Of a stretch of 64,000 bases of DNA, positions 11,516 to 23,897 are shown one piece after another. The stretch's first letter is position 1, and each line of letters begins with the position of its first letter. The DNA is from Felis catus (taxonomy: Eukaryota). The stretch covers positions 231,200,001-231,264,000 of the forward strand of contig NC_058368.1 in the NCBI RefSeq assembly GCF_018350175.1, read 5' to 3'. A program made the translations under genes and the position numbers. The notes under the pieces are model-generated. The model was not told the origin of the DNA and searched no databases. It saw only the letters and a list, made by a program, of their open reading frames with translations.

Positions 11516-11989
11516 ATAATGTGTTTTACGTATTGTTAAATAATGAGCATTAACTATGTTGGTGATAACAGAAATAAGAAGGCCCGGAGGCACAGCCGCC
11601 CTCTGCTCACCCCTGGGACTCTTGCTGGCCTGAGCCACCAGCTCCTGTGGCTTCCCTGGCATTTGGCTGCAGGGCAGCAGAGGTAGGAACTTGGGACAAG
11701 GTGATCTGAGCTAGCCTCAAAGGCAAGGCCCCAGGCCAATGGCTCCAGACTGGTCAGGGGCTCTCCTTCCAACCTGCTGGAGTATCTCCCCCCCCACCCA
11801 ACTTTCCTTGTCTCTGAGATCCCTCCAGCTGGCTCGCATTTTAGAGACAATACCAGAACACCATGAGGTGCCTGGGGTTTCCATTCGAGTAGATGGGCTG
11901 CAAGCAGACACTGGGGGGGGGGGGGGGGAGTTGGGGGGGATTCTTTAACCCGCCTCTTGCATCTTATGGTCTCGGTGTCTACACCGCCA

Positions 11990-12750
11990 TCACCCATCCA
12001 CACCGCTTGGCTTCTTTGACCACGCTCAGCCCGCCCTGCCCTGTCCACGCTGCCCACGGAGCTGGACAGGGGTCCCACGTGTCTCCCGCGCGCCCTCGCC
12101 ACCCACACTCGTTCTTGGCCGCCTGGTTTCTGCTTTCCCCCGTGACCCCCACTCCCAATTCCGACTGCGAGGACACTTTTATGTGCCTTTCTCCCCTAGT
12201 ACAAATATTGCTGTTTTTCAAACCTCACGCCCCCTGCTGTCCCTTTGATTCTGAGCCAGTTCTCTCTAAGGCCGGATTCCGCTGACTCGGCACTGGGTAT
12301 TCATGCTCCCCGACCTCTCCTCGCCCCCCCTCTCCAATCTCCGATGTTCCCTGGGGGGGCATCGCACCCAAGGACACCAGTCCTCTCGTCCCCTGGCAGC
12401 GCCCGCGGTTCCTCCCCGATCCTGGCCGCCTGAGGTCGGCAACGACCCGGGAGGGACGGATCCAGGTACCCCCGCTCCCACGGCAGTCCGGTTAAGGTTG
12501 GTCTGGGGGTCCGTCGAGGAGGCTGGGTGCACCCGGCGCGGAACAGCTTGGTCAGTGTCGGGTGTCATCCTTTTCCGGACCGCAGTCCTGGGGGGTGGGG
12601 GTGCTGGGCAGGCGCGTCTGCACAGGCTCCGTCCATGTGCACCTGCAGGGCCCGCCTCCCCCCAGGCAGCCTTCCTCCTGCATCTGCAGGTAGGGGCCCC
12701 CTCCTGCCCTCTGCGGCTCTAACCACCGGCCCGCGCCGTGCGAGGGGGAA
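11990..12750. promoter_or_regulatory. Orphan CpG-rich / GC-rich segment
   Basis: Visibly higher CpG and GC content than its flanks; not a recognisable repeat. Confidence 0.4.
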
Positions 12751-12924
12751 AGAAGAGGAAAGGGATCATGGAGCCTGGAGAAAAGTTAACCGGGGCCAAG
12801 AGCCGGAAGAGCTTTCCCAAACCACTTTTCTTGGGCTTAGTACAGAAGCGATATATAATACACAGCCCTGTAAGAACTGGAACGGTACCCCCTTGACCGT
12901 GCTCAAAAGACAATCCTTTTTAGC

Positions 12925-13445
12925 CTCTTTATTGAGACATAAGTCACAGGTACCACTCACCCACGTAAACACGTACAAGTCAACCGTTTGGTATGTCCAC
13001 TCACTGAGCCCTGCAGTCGTCACCACCATCCACCCTGGAATGTTTTCCTCTCTGTAAAAAGAAACCTGTACCCATCGGCAGTCACCCTCTGTTCCTCCCC
13101 CCTCCCCCCAGCCCCTGGCAAACTTTACCCTTTCTGTCTCTATAGAGTTCCTCTAAATGTGTGATCTTTTCTGTTCTGGCATCTTTCACTTAGCATAACG
13201 TTTTCAAGGTTCATCCACGTGGTAACGGGTGTCAGAGCTTCGTTCTCTTTGTATAGCCAAACACTATTCCATTGAATAGATATAGCACATTTTACTTCTC
13301 CATCCATTAGCTGATGGACATTTGGTTGGGTTGTTTCTGCTTTTTGGCTACTATGAATAAAGCTGCCATGAACACGTAGGTATACGGACGCATGTTTTCA
13401 ATTCCGTTGGCCCTCTACCTGGGAGCGGGATCGCTGGGTTAACAT
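12925..13445 (-). mobile_element. L1M 3' fragment
   Basis: ctttcacttagcataacgttttcaaggttcatcca...gatggacatttgg...ttttggctactatgaataaagctg. Confidence 0.75.
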
Positions 13446-15739
13446 TTCAGGGAACCATCAAAGACCTGGTTTTAGCTCTTTTGGGAAGAGGAAGGTGGGG
13501 CCAGTTCGAAAAGTAGTTGAGTAGGTCTGCAACAGCGCTGGGTAAATCACCTCCCGCGTGTTGACAGAGAACCTTGTCTACAGAAAACCTGGTGCGTGGA
13601 GAGGAATCGCTCACTGGATAGTGTGGAGGAAGACGGAGCTCAGGGAGGGCAGGATCCAGTGAAGACACCCTCCTCCTGGACAGGAGGGAGACAGACATCC
13701 CAGCTGCCAGCTGTCAGCCACCACAGGGGTGTAACACACAGCGCACAGAAATCTGCAGGCACGGCCAGCAGTGACTGGTTGGGGTGGGGGCTCTGGGGAG
13801 GCCGTGGGGAGGAGGGCAGCCTTACAGCTGAAATAACATTTGCCTCTACCTCCAAGAGAGTTTGCAGGGAGGGCAGAACAGCAGGGATTAAAGCCCAGCA
13901 GCATGAGAGTGCCTGATGCACTCAGCCCCGTGAAAGGAAGACAGGAGTGGGGGGCAGTGGAGGGGTGCGGGGATAAACTGAGGCCCGACATCAATGAGTT
14001 TGAACTTGAACCTTTAGGCTCCGGGAGCTGTCCCAGGACTGGGGGCTGGATAGGGCTGTCAGCCCTGGTCCCGGAGCCATGAGCTTTCTGGAGGGGGAAG
14101 CGGGAGGCCTGAGGATGGGGATCTGGGCAGAGGCTGCCATCAGGAGGTGCTGGGGTGAGGGGGGAAGGGAGGAGGGGGCCAGTGGGGGATATCCACAGGA
14201 GTGCATGAAAGGTGGGAGGCGGGTGGTCAGTTGTGTTTTTCTGGAGAGAAAGAATGGCTTTGATGTTTCAGCACCCTGAGGCACACACAGCTGCTAAATG
14301 CTTTGACCGCACGTCTCACCCTGTTGAATCCCCGCAGGAAAATAAGCTCACATGAAAACTCAGAATTTTTAGAGAGGCTTGCAGATCCTTTCGGTTTGGG
14401 ACAAAGCCTTCCCTATCTGTCTCTAGCAGGTGGGCGTGTGAGTGCCCATGACACGGAGCCCCCCTCCTTGGCACACGCCGCCCAACCCCACGCCCAGCCC
14501 CACATTACAAACCCCTCCAGGCCCCTCCTCACTGGCAATTTGAGTCCCACCCCAGGGTCAGCAGAAGCGTGAAAAGGAAATTCTCTCCAGAGCCGTCCTT
14601 TTTCCTCCTCCTTTCCTGGTTTCTCTGCTTCCCAGGTTCTCCTCCCTACTCCCCCACTCTTCTGTAAGAACCTGGAACGCCCCAGCTGCCCACTGTCTCT
14701 GCGGGAGCCCCAGGGTGGTGGGATTTCTTTTCTAGCAATAAGGCCCTGGGCTCAGGCACGGGGCGGGGAGGAGAAGTGTGGGGGGATGGGAGTGGGGAGG
14801 AGTTGCAGAAAGGGCCCCGCCCCCCACCATAAGGGTCAGAGGGAAAAACATCCCCTAGGGCAGGATAGAGGCCCCAGATCTGGCCTTGGAGCAACAGAAG
14901 AGCAAGCCAGGGCACTTTGCGGATGCCAAATCCCCACCTTTGATTTCTACTCCACTTCATTACTTACCCTGGGGAGTCAAGTTCACGGTCAGGGAGGGCT
15001 GCTAGGACAAAGGCTTTGAAGCAGGAAAGAGCATGACGAATTTGGTGAGGCTGAGTAATTGGGGCAGGTGTGTGGGCAGTTTCCTGACCTTGATGTATTT
15101 TGCATGATACCTTCCCCCCCCCCCCAGAGAATTGCTGGAATTAGCCCAGACTACAGAGGGGGTGAGATGTTGGCGTGGCCCTGGTTCCCGTGTGAGCATC
15201 GCTCCTTATTGCCAGAAAGGTGACAGGTTTGGCAGCCTGTGCTGACAGAGGGCTAAGTCTGAACTGCACGCACGAGGATTATTCTGGTCTTCCTCTGTGC
15301 CTTCTGCCCCAGAGACCTACCAGCAGTCCACTCTAGTTCATGGGTATGCTCAGATTTGCCCACATCCTTTGGGGGAATTGGATCCTTTCATCATCCTACA
15401 ACATTATGAAATGTTTAGACATTAGGACACCTAGGGGAGCTGACGCACGATTAGATAATAACAGTGTATTTTAAAATAGCTGATGGATTCCACGTTACTC
15501 TTCCGTTAGTTGATGGTTAAAATCCCCCTAAAAACTGCAGGGTCGGGTTTCTCTGAATCATCTCTAAGTGGTTTCTGATGGTTTTAAAATGAGGATTAAC
15601 CACATCAAAGCTGGCGTGAATGCGAGCTTCTAACCCAAAACATATCTTTAGCCTAATTTCATCCAGATTCAGATCCAAGGACTAATGGAATTAATATTTA
15701 TATGGGCTTTAAACGTTATTAACGGGAGTGTGGCGCGCT

Positions 15740-16143
15740 GTTCCAGTCACCGTCTCCCTGTGTCCTTGACTGCTCTGCCGTGTGATTAGGCTGTGCCTCC
15801 TTAAATCAAGAGGTAGGACCTGTTTCTCCAGCCCTGGGCCCTGGGCTGCCCTGGGCTTGCTTTGATCAACAGAATGCAGCAGGAATGACGGAGTACAACC
15901 TGGAGGACTAGACCTCAAGAGATATTAAGTTCTCTTGTCAATCAATCTCTTGGAACCCGAGGAGAGACAGGCCCAGCCAACGCCATCCCAAGGCCCCAGG
16001 CGCGTGAGTGAGGCCACGTTGGACTCCAGCCCCACCATTTCCACCAGCTGTCTGAACCCGGGGGTGGCCAGCAGAAACTTGAGAAGCCATGCATTGTTGC
16101 TTAAAGCACTCATTGTTTTTTTAAGTTTATTTATTTATTTTGA

Positions 16144-16185
<42 letters not shown>

Positions 16186-16405
16186 ACAAGCAGGGGATGG
16201 ACAGAGAGAGGGAGAGACAGAATCCCAAGCAGGCTGTCAGCGTGGAGTCCAACCTGGGGTTCAAGGTGGGGCTTGAACTCACTAACCGTGAGATCATGAC
16301 CTGAGCGGAGATCAAGAGTCAGACGCTTAGTCAACTGAGCCACCGGTGCCTCTGAAGCCGCTAAATGTTAAGGACGTTTATAATGCAGCAAGAGATAACT
16401 ACTAC
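15740..16405 (+). mobile_element. MaLR LTR (MLT1F/G-like) interrupted by a SINE
   Basis: cttgctttgatcaacagaatgcagcagga...aagccgctaaatgtt...gcagcaagagataactactaca. Confidence 0.6.
16113..16350 (-). mobile_element. CanSINE
   Basis: T-tail, long (GA)n, reverse head. Confidence 0.9.
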
Positions 16406-16575
16406 AAACAATGCCCTAAATGGTGACGGAATGGTGTCCTTTTTCTATGAAAACCTATCTCCTCTCTAAAAACAAATGAGAAAGTTTCCCACTTTCCAGA
16501 ATAGTGAAGTAGAGTTTCTGCCTTTGAAAAAAGGGAAAAGGAAGCAGAATTGTTCAAGAATGTCTGGGAATTTAG

Positions 16576-16759
16576 GGGGCGCCTGGGTGGCGCAGTCGGT
16601 TAAGCGTCCGACTTCAGCCAGGTCACGATCTCGTGGTCCATGAGTTTGAGCCCCACGTCGGGCTCTGGGCTGATGGCTCAGAGCCTGGAGCCTGTTTCCG
16701 ATTCTGTGTCTCCCTCTCTCTCTGCCCCTCCCCCGTTCATGCTCTGTCTCTCTCTGTCC

Positions 16760-16790
<31 letters not shown>
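16576..16790 (+). mobile_element. Young felid SINE
   Basis: Pure A-tail; perfect TSD AAGAATGTCTGGGAATTTAG. Confidence 0.93.
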
Positions 16791-16793
<3 letters not shown>

Positions 16794-17359
16794 ATGTCTG
16801 GGAATTTAGATTTGAAGGCCAAAATATCATAATGCTTACCCATGAAAAAAAAAAAAAACACCTGAGTTGTTTTATTATTTAGACCAAGAGCCAGTTAGGG
16901 AGAAAATAAAAGAAATTGATAAACGGGGGCTAGTGATTGCCTCTCATTTTCTCCTCACTGGTGTTTTGCTCGCTTCCAGCCCAGAGGAGCTGGGGCCCGC
17001 CATCCTTCACACGTGGCATTGAATTAGCAACATTGTGGTCTTCCTTTCTGTCCCTTTTCCAACGTTGACATTTCATGGCATCTCTCGCACTGGCGTCTCA
17101 ACCCTGTTCTCGTGCAGGGATTTAAATGGAAACTCCTCTCCCAATATCAGGATTTCAGAAAGGACCTCTCTGCTGCCTTGTTGAAAAAGAAACACATTCT
17201 GATGACTCCTTTCATGGGGTTCTCTTGAGATTAAGGGATCTGATGCCAGAATTTAGTCCTCTGTTCGCCAGAATACTGAGCACCAAATACCCAGAGAAAA
17301 AGAGCGAGTTAAGGAATTACTGTTCAGACTTTCTCATATGTGCCCCTTTATGTATCTTG

Positions 17360-17810
17360 AATTATTTTAGATGTACATACCATCAAATAGGCATTGGGTT
17401 CTGGCGCATAGTTCTGTACGTTTTAAACACGGGCAGGTATATGTTTGTCCACCACCGCCGTCAGTGCCCAGAATACTGCCATCATCCAGGAAACTGCCTC
17501 GTGGGCCCTTTTCTTGTCAAGCCCTCTCGTGACCCCCAGCCCCTGGCAAGCACAGATCTGTTCTTTCTTCCTCCAGTTTTGCCTTTTCAGAATGCTGTGT
17601 GAATGGAACCATGTGGTCTGTAACCTTTTGGGACCAGCTTCTTTTACTTACCCATCTGTGTTTTTGGGTGTACGAATAATTTGTTCCTTTTTCATCTGAG
17701 GAACATTCCATGGCATAGATACATCACGGTTTGTTCATCAATTCACTCATTGAGAGATGTTTGGGTTGTTTCTTGTTTGGGGCAATTATGAAGAGAGCTG
17801 CTACAAATGT
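17360..17810 (-). mobile_element. L1M 3' fragment
   Basis: cagttttgccttttcagaatg...gtttgttcatcaattcac...tttggggcaattatgaa. Confidence 0.65.
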
Positions 17811-17819
17811 CTCTTCATT

Positions 17820-17860
<41 letters not shown>

Positions 17861-17908
17861 ATCTATCTATCTATCTGTCTATCTATCATCTATCTATCTA
17901 TCTATCTA
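17820..17908 (+). repeat. (TATC)n tetranucleotide microsatellite
   Basis: About 20 interrupted TATC units, forming the tail of the adjacent short reverse SINE. Confidence 0.93.
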
Positions 17909-17993
17909 GTCTCTACACCCAATGTGGGGCTCGAACTCATAGCCCTGAGATCAACAGTTGCATGCTTCTCCGACTAAGACAGCCAGGAGCCCC
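17909..17993 (-). mobile_element. Short CanSINE
   Basis: tctctacacccaatgtggggctcgaactc...gccaggagcccc. Confidence 0.8.
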
Positions 17994-18009
17994 ACTGTCT
18001 CCTCATTTT

Positions 18010-18228
18010 ATTTAAAAAAATTTTTTTTAAGTTTATTTATTTTTGAGAGACAGAGAAAGAGCGTGAGCAGGAGAGGGGCAGAGAGAAAGGGAGACACAGA
18101 ATCCAAAGCAGGCTCCAGGCTCTGAGCTGCCAGCACAGAGCCCGACGTGGGGCTTGAACACATGAAACCTGAGATCATGACCTGAGCCAAAGTTAGATGC
18201 TCAACCAACTGAGCCACCCAGGCGCCCC
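18010..18228 (-). mobile_element. CanSINE
   Basis: Full reverse SINE; TSD ctcattttа-like (ctcatttta) on both sides. Confidence 0.9.
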
Positions 18229-18449
18229 TCCTCATTTTAATTCATAAAACTATAATGCTATTTATTTCAAAACTACTTTCTCAGAGAAATATTAAACCGT
18301 AGTTTATGATACCTTGATTTTTATTTGAAGTGTTCATTCTAGTAGTTTGGGGGTGTTAAATGAGCATCTCCTTTGGGTAATCACTACTATTTAAATAAAT
18401 ATATTTTTATTAAATAACTACCATAACTTAATATGCACCTACACATTTT

Positions 18450-19095
18450 ATTTCATTTTAATTCATGTCATTAACATGCAGTGTTATATTAGTTTCAGGT
18501 GCACAACCCAGTGATTCAACACTTCCGTATATTATTACTTGGTGCTCGTCAAGATAAGTGTACTCTTTTTTTTTCAATGAGTATCATTTCTTTTCAAATC
18601 TAATTAATTTTTTAAAATTTATTTATTTATTTTGAGAGAGAGAGAGAGTGCGTGCATGCACACAGGGGAGGGTCAGAGAGAGAGAAGGAGAGAGAGAGAA
18701 TCCCAAGCAGGCTCCTTACTGTCAGGCTGTGAGCACAGAGCCCGGTGCGGGGCTCAATCTCACGAACGATGAGATCGTGACCTGAGCCAAAACCAAGAGT
18801 CAGACGCTTCACCGACGGAGCCACCCCGGCGCCCCTAGATAAGTATACTCTTAATTCCCATCCTCTATTTCACCCATCCCCCTCCCCGCCTCCCCTCTGG
18901 TGACCGTCTATTTGTTCTCCATAGCTAAGAGTCTGGTTTTTTTGGTTTGTGTCTGTCTTCCCTCCCCCCCTTTGTGTGTTTGTCTTGTTTCTTAAATTCC
19001 ACATATGAGTGAAGTCAGGTGGTATCTGTCTCTCTCTGACTAACTTATTTCACTTAGCACGGTCCTCCGTAGCTCCATCAATGGTGTTGCAAATA
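18450..19095 (-). mobile_element. Carnivore L1 3' end interrupted by a SINE
   Basis: cagtgttatattagtttcaggtg...aaattccacatatgagtgaa...ggtgttgcaaat. Confidence 0.8.
18600..18835 (-). mobile_element. CanSINE nested in L1
   Basis: TSD agataagt(g/a)tactctt. Confidence 0.9.
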
Positions 19096-19404
19096 TGCCC
19101 CACAAATTTTGATGACCCAAAGCCAAGTAAGATCAAGTCCACATAATGGATACAAATACAGTGAAATGGTTGGTGGTTTGGAGCGGGGCAATTTTACATG
19201 TGATCTGAAGGTGGAGAGATAGAAACAGAACTTTTTTTTTTTTTTTTTTTTAATTTGGTGCACTTTGGACTTAAGAAAGCACTCAATACTGACGGCCAGA
19301 AATGGACAGAGAATGGCATGGATTGTTGATATGCGGGTTTGGGCGTCCTTGAGGGTAGATTTTAGGCACAGAAAGAACTGTGCAGGTGTTCACTTTGGCT
19401 TTAC

Positions 19405-19629
19405 ATTTTTTTTTTAATTTTTTTTTCAACGTTTATTTATTTTTGGGACAGAGAGAGACAGAGCATGAACGGGGGAGGGGCAGAGAGAGAGGGAGACACA
19501 GAATCGGAAACAGGCTCCAGGCTCTGAGCCATCAGCCCAGAGCCCGACGCGGGGCTCAAACTCACGGACCGCGAGATCGTGGCCTGGCTGAAGTCGGACG
19601 CTTAACCGACTGCGCCACCCAGGCGCCCC
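19405..19629 (-). mobile_element. Young felid SINE
   Basis: CpG-intact; TSD cactttggcttt(t)acatttt. Confidence 0.93.
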
Positions 19630-20021
19630 ACTTTGGCTTTACATTTTAATTTTCAGTATATGAAATTGCAAATCCTCAATTATTATTCTTTCCATATGAA
19701 AGCTTAGGGTACAGATCTCATTTTTCCCATTATACATCCAACAAATTTGAGGCGTCAGTTCTAAGAAGTCTTTGGAAAATACTTGGTCCTATTTACTAAC
19801 TTAATTAGCCATCTTCAAACTTTTTTTTTTTTAAATATGAGCAAGTATAAAGGTATCGTAACTGGAATACAATTAAAATCAGAACCGCCCTCCTACAGTA
19901 AATCTAAAAGTCACAAATGGTGGGGAAAAGATAAACTTCATAAGAAGAAAAAACACTATTTTTTTCCTGGATTCAAAGCTAAAGCAATAGTCATGACTCA
20001 CAGCGTTTTAAAATTGTTTCA

Positions 20022-20136
20022 TTTTTTTATGGATTTCATTTTTAAGTAATCTCTACACCCCACATGGGGCTTGAACTCACAATCCTGACTGAGATCAAGA
20101 GTCACACGCTCCGCTGACTGAGCCAGCCAGGAGCCC
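20022..20136 (-). mobile_element. Short CanSINE
   Basis: Reverse head; TSD catgactca. Confidence 0.8.
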
Positions 20137-20439
20137 CATGACTCATACTTTTATGATAACACCCTTAAAGATGTTTTCACACATGTGCCTTATTTCATCC
20201 TTACTGGAACTCTAAAATAGCTGAAATACTGCCTTCCCAAAGCTTTTAGCTCAAGGGATTGTTATTCCTCTTGTGATGGGGGTATAAACAGAACGGGCAT
20301 ACAATGTGCGTGTCTACTCCTATGTACCTCTCCAGCCTAAGATTACATAATTTTCTGACTTCCTTACATCAATTGTCCTCCTTAAGTCACCGAGCCTTTC
20401 TATGCATGGTTTTCTCAACATCAAATGCCCCGTTTTTAT

Positions 20440-20735
20440 CTTGTTGGCTGACTTATTCAAGATGTATGATGATTTGATTTGCATATGCTGTGAGATGATT
20501 ATTACAATAGGTTTAGTTAACACATCACCTCATAGAGATATAATAAAAAGACAAGGAAAAAATTTTTTTCTCCTGGAGTGAGAACCTTTAGGATCTACTC
20601 CCCTAACTCTCTTCTATACCCTAGAGCAGCATGAACTGAAGACGTCCTGGTGTACATGACATCGTTAGTACTTATTTATCTTATAACTGGAATATTGTGC
20701 CCTTGACCCCCCTTCCTCTTATCCCCCCCTCCCAC
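20440..20735 (-). mobile_element. L1MA-like 3' end fragment
   Basis: gatgatttgattt...gagaacctttaggatctactc...tacttatttatcttataactgg. Confidence 0.6.
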
Positions 20736-20759
20736 CCTCAGATCTTTTAAGCTGCATTT

Positions 20760-20985
20760 TTATTTTATTAAAAAAATTTTTTTTAATGTTTATTTTTGAG
20801 AGAGAGGCAGAGACAGAGCATGAGCGGGGGAGGAACAGAGTGAGAGGGAGACACAGAATCCAAAGCAGGCTCCAGGCTCCCAGCTGTCGGCACAGAGCCC
20901 GACACGGGGCTCGAACCCACAACGGTAAGATCATGGCCTGAGCCGAAGTCGGGAGCCCAAACAAACTGAGCCACCCAAGTGCCCC
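20760..20985 (-). mobile_element. CanSINE
   Basis: Full reverse SINE. Confidence 0.9.
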
Positions 20986-20989
20986 ATTA

Positions 20990-21199
20990 ATTTTATTTTA
21001 ATATTTATTTATTTTTGAGAGAGAGAGAGAGAGAGCAAGCAGGGGAGGGGCAGAGAGAGAGGGAGACACAGAATCTGAAGCAGGCTCCAGGATCGGAGCT
21101 ATCTGCACAGAGCCAGACGTGGGACTCAAACCCGTGAACTGTGAGATCACGACCTGAGCCAAGTCGGACGCTTAATTGACTGAGCCACCCAAGCACCCC
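20990..21199 (-). mobile_element. CanSINE
   Basis: Full reverse SINE, tandem with the previous one. Confidence 0.9.
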
Positions 21200-21277
21200 A
21201 ACTGCAATTTTAAATGTAATATAACTGATTTCCTTTTAGAGTGTTTTTGTTATTTGAGTGAACAATAAAAGATTCCT

Positions 21278-21371
21278 GGGGCACCTGGCTAGCTCTGTAG
21301 ATAGAGCATGTGATGCTTGATCTCAGGGTTGTAAGTTCAAGCCCCATGTTGGGTGTAGAGATTACTTAAAA
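21278..21371 (+). mobile_element. Short CanSINE
   Basis: ggggcacctggct...gttcaagccccatgttgggtgtagagattactt. Confidence 0.82.
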
Positions 21372-21384
21372 GTGAAAAAATCTT

Positions 21385-21612
21385 GGGGTGCCTGGGTGGC
21401 TCAGCAGGTTAAGCATCTGATGACTCTTGATCCTGGCTCAGGTCATGATCTCACGGTTTGTGAGTTCAAGCCTCACATTGGGCTCTGTGCCGATGGCATG
21501 GAGCCTGCTTGGGATTCTGTCTCTCCTTCTCTCTGCCCCTCACCTGCTTGTGCTCTGTCTCTCAAAAAAATAAACTTAAAAAAAAGTGAAAAAAAAAACA
21601 AACTTAAAAAAA
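21385..21612 (+). mobile_element. CanSINE inserted in the tail of the previous SINE
   Basis: Head/CT/A-tail; aaaagtgaaaaaa duplicated on both sides. Confidence 0.88.
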
Positions 21613-21771
21613 CCCCAGATTCTTGAGTACTAAATAATTATAGGAAATCTAACAAATTAAAGTTACAAAGTAAACAAAACTTAAGTTCTCTGAGTTGTTT
21701 CAACATAGTAAATAAATTTGGTAAAACTTCACCCCCAACCCCGAGTCCAGTTAATGATTTAGTTGGACACT

Positions 21772-21972
21772 TTATTTTTTTATTACTTTGAGAGAGAGAG
21801 AGAGAGAGAGTGCAAGCAGGGGAGGGGCAGAGAAAGAAGGAGAGAGTTTCAAGGAGGCTCTGCACCGTCAGCACAGAGCCTGACATGGGGCTTGATCCCA
21901 TGAACCGTGAGATCATGACCTGAGCTGAAATCAAGATTCAACTGCTTAACTGACTGAGCCACCCGGGCACCT
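21772..21972 (-). mobile_element. CanSINE
   Basis: Full reverse SINE. Confidence 0.88.
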
Positions 21973-22108
21973 CTTGTTGCACATTTTAAATTGGTGTAAT
22001 ACGGCTGACCTTCCCACAGGTCAAAGTCTCTTAAGTATCCCAAGAGTATCAAATGTCAAACAGGTGCATAACAACCTAACACATTTCATTTTAATACAAT
22101 GGTTTCGA

Positions 22109-22206
22109 GGGCACCTGGCTGGCTCAGTCGGTGAAGCATACGCGTCTTGATCTCGGAGTTGTGAGTTCGAGCCCCATGTTGGGTGTAGAGATAACTTAAA
22201 AAAAAA
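22109..22206 (+). mobile_element. Short CanSINE
   Basis: tRNA-like head; TSD aatac(a/g)atgg. Confidence 0.82.
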
Positions 22207-22261
22207 TACGATGGGTTTTGAGTCTCAAAAGGTTTTTGATACTTAATTTTAAATCTTCCCA

Positions 22262-22504
22262 GGGGCGCCTGGGTGGGTTAAGTGTCCGACTCAGTGGGTT
22301 AAGCTCAGTGGGTTAAGCGTCCGACTTCGGCTCAGGTCATGATCTCGCAGTTCGTGGGTTCAAGCCCCACGTTGGATTCTGTGCTGACAACTCAGAACCT
22401 GGAGCCTGCTTCGGATTCTGTGTCTCCCTCTCTCTCTCTCTGCCCCTACCCTACTTGTGCTGCCTCTCTCTCTCTCTCTCAAATAAATAAACATTTTAAA
22501 AAAA
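22262..22504 (+). mobile_element. CanSINE with rearranged 5' end
   Basis: GGGTTAAG present three times in the head; TSD ttaatt(t/c)taaatcttccca. Confidence 0.88.
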
Positions 22505-23069
22505 CTTCCGTTAATTCTAAATCTTCCCAGACTGAAAGATATTTGTGCACAGGAAAGGATAGTTGGTAACCCAGCTAACTGAGGCTACTGCGGCCCAGGG
22601 TTTCCGGCCAGTACCAGCCGGAATGCTGCAGAGACTCGGAACGGGCCTTCTCCCTGCCTGGCAGCCGTGCGGGGGAGCCCTGTCTGCAGTGGTTGTGCGA
22701 GTGACTCCAGACCCTCAACAAGATGCGTGAGTGTAGACCGAATTCCTGCGCTCCGGTTATACGTGCTCCTTAATTCAAACACCTTTGACTTTAACAGGGA
22801 TCCTAAAATATGTAAGCATCTGTTCCTTTCGACATGAAAGAATTTAAAATTCTTTAAAAGATTCTTGGAACCTTCCTTCCTCTTATTTTTTCAGACTGCA
22901 CACAAGTCCCATAGATATGTAAAATGCGATCCCGGTGAATTCTGTAGGTCACACATAAATGGCCAATTTATGAGGTTTCCACTGGCTGAGGCCTGGTGAG
23001 AAGGCTGCATGCGGTGTGAGTCCCACGGTCTAATACTTGGCCCTGTGTATGTGGCCCTGCTTAGAGAGA

Positions 23070-23390
23070 GTCTGAGCTGTAATTAAGGATCTCGACACGA
23101 GATCTTCCCGGATAATCTGGGTGGGCCCTAAATCCAGTATTTGTCCTTGTAGGAGGTGGAAGAGGGGAAGATTCAGACACAGAGAAGGCCGTATGGAGGT
23201 GGAGGCAGAGACGCGGGGAAAGAACCCCCTGGTGCCTCCAGAAGCTAGAAGAACGGGAAGGCTTCTGCCCCTGGCAGGAATGCTGTCCTGCCAGACTTCT
23301 GGTCTCCAGAACTGTGAGAGAAGACCGTTCTGTTATTTTAAGCCACCCAGTTGGTGTTATTTGCTGCGGCCGCCCCAGGAAACGCATGCA
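23070..23390 (+). mobile_element. MaLR LTR fragment (MLT1C/D-like)
   Basis: ggataatctgggtgggccctaaatcc...gacttctggtctccagaactgtgaga...ttttaagccacccag. Confidence 0.75.
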
Positions 23391-23449
23391 GGTATGTTCC
23401 GGGCACACCTGCTGAGGCAGGTGTCAGCAGGTGTGTTAAGGGGCTTTTA

Positions 23450-23664
23450 GGGGCGCCTAGGTGGCTCAGTCAGTTGAGCATCTCGGCTCAGGTCATGATC
23501 TCTCAGTTCGTGGGTTCGAACCCCTCGTCGGGCTCTGTGCTGACAATCCAGAGCCTGGAGCCTGCTTCGGATTCTGTGTCTCCCTCTCACTCTGCCCCTC
23601 CCCTGCTTGTGGTCTGTCTGTCTCAAAAATAAACAAACATTTAAAAAGTTAAAAAAAAAAAAAA
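23450..23664 (+). mobile_element. CanSINE
   Basis: Head/CT/A-tail. Confidence 0.9.
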
Positions 23665-23675
23665 GAATCTTTTGA

Positions 23676-23890
23676 GGGGGCGCCTGAGTGGCTCAGGGGG
23701 TTGAGCGTCTGACTCTTGATTTCAGCTCAGGTAATAATCGCGGTTCACGGGTTCAAGCCCCACATGGGGCTCTGTGCTGAGCACGGAGCCTGCTTGGGAT
23801 CCTCTCTCCCTCTCTCTCTTCGCCCTGCCTCTGCTTGTGCATGTGCACACACGCTCTCTCTCTCAAAATAAATAAATAAACATGTTTTAA
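23676..23890 (+). mobile_element. CanSINE
   Basis: Head/CT/A-tail. Confidence 0.9.
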
Positions 23891-23897
23891 AAAGACT

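Noticed and set aside
16466..16882. Recurrent ORFs such as GQRETEHERGRGRERGRHRIGNRLQALSHQPRARRGA and MISQFVGSSP...SLEPASDSVSPSL, found many times
   Set aside because: They are translations of CanSINE sequence in either orientation, not a protein family.
22109..22206. tRNA-like sequences with A/B boxes (also 21278, 38561, 42184, 57789)
   Set aside because: They have A-tails and TSDs and lack a convincing acceptor stem; these are short tRNA-derived SINEs, not tRNA genes.
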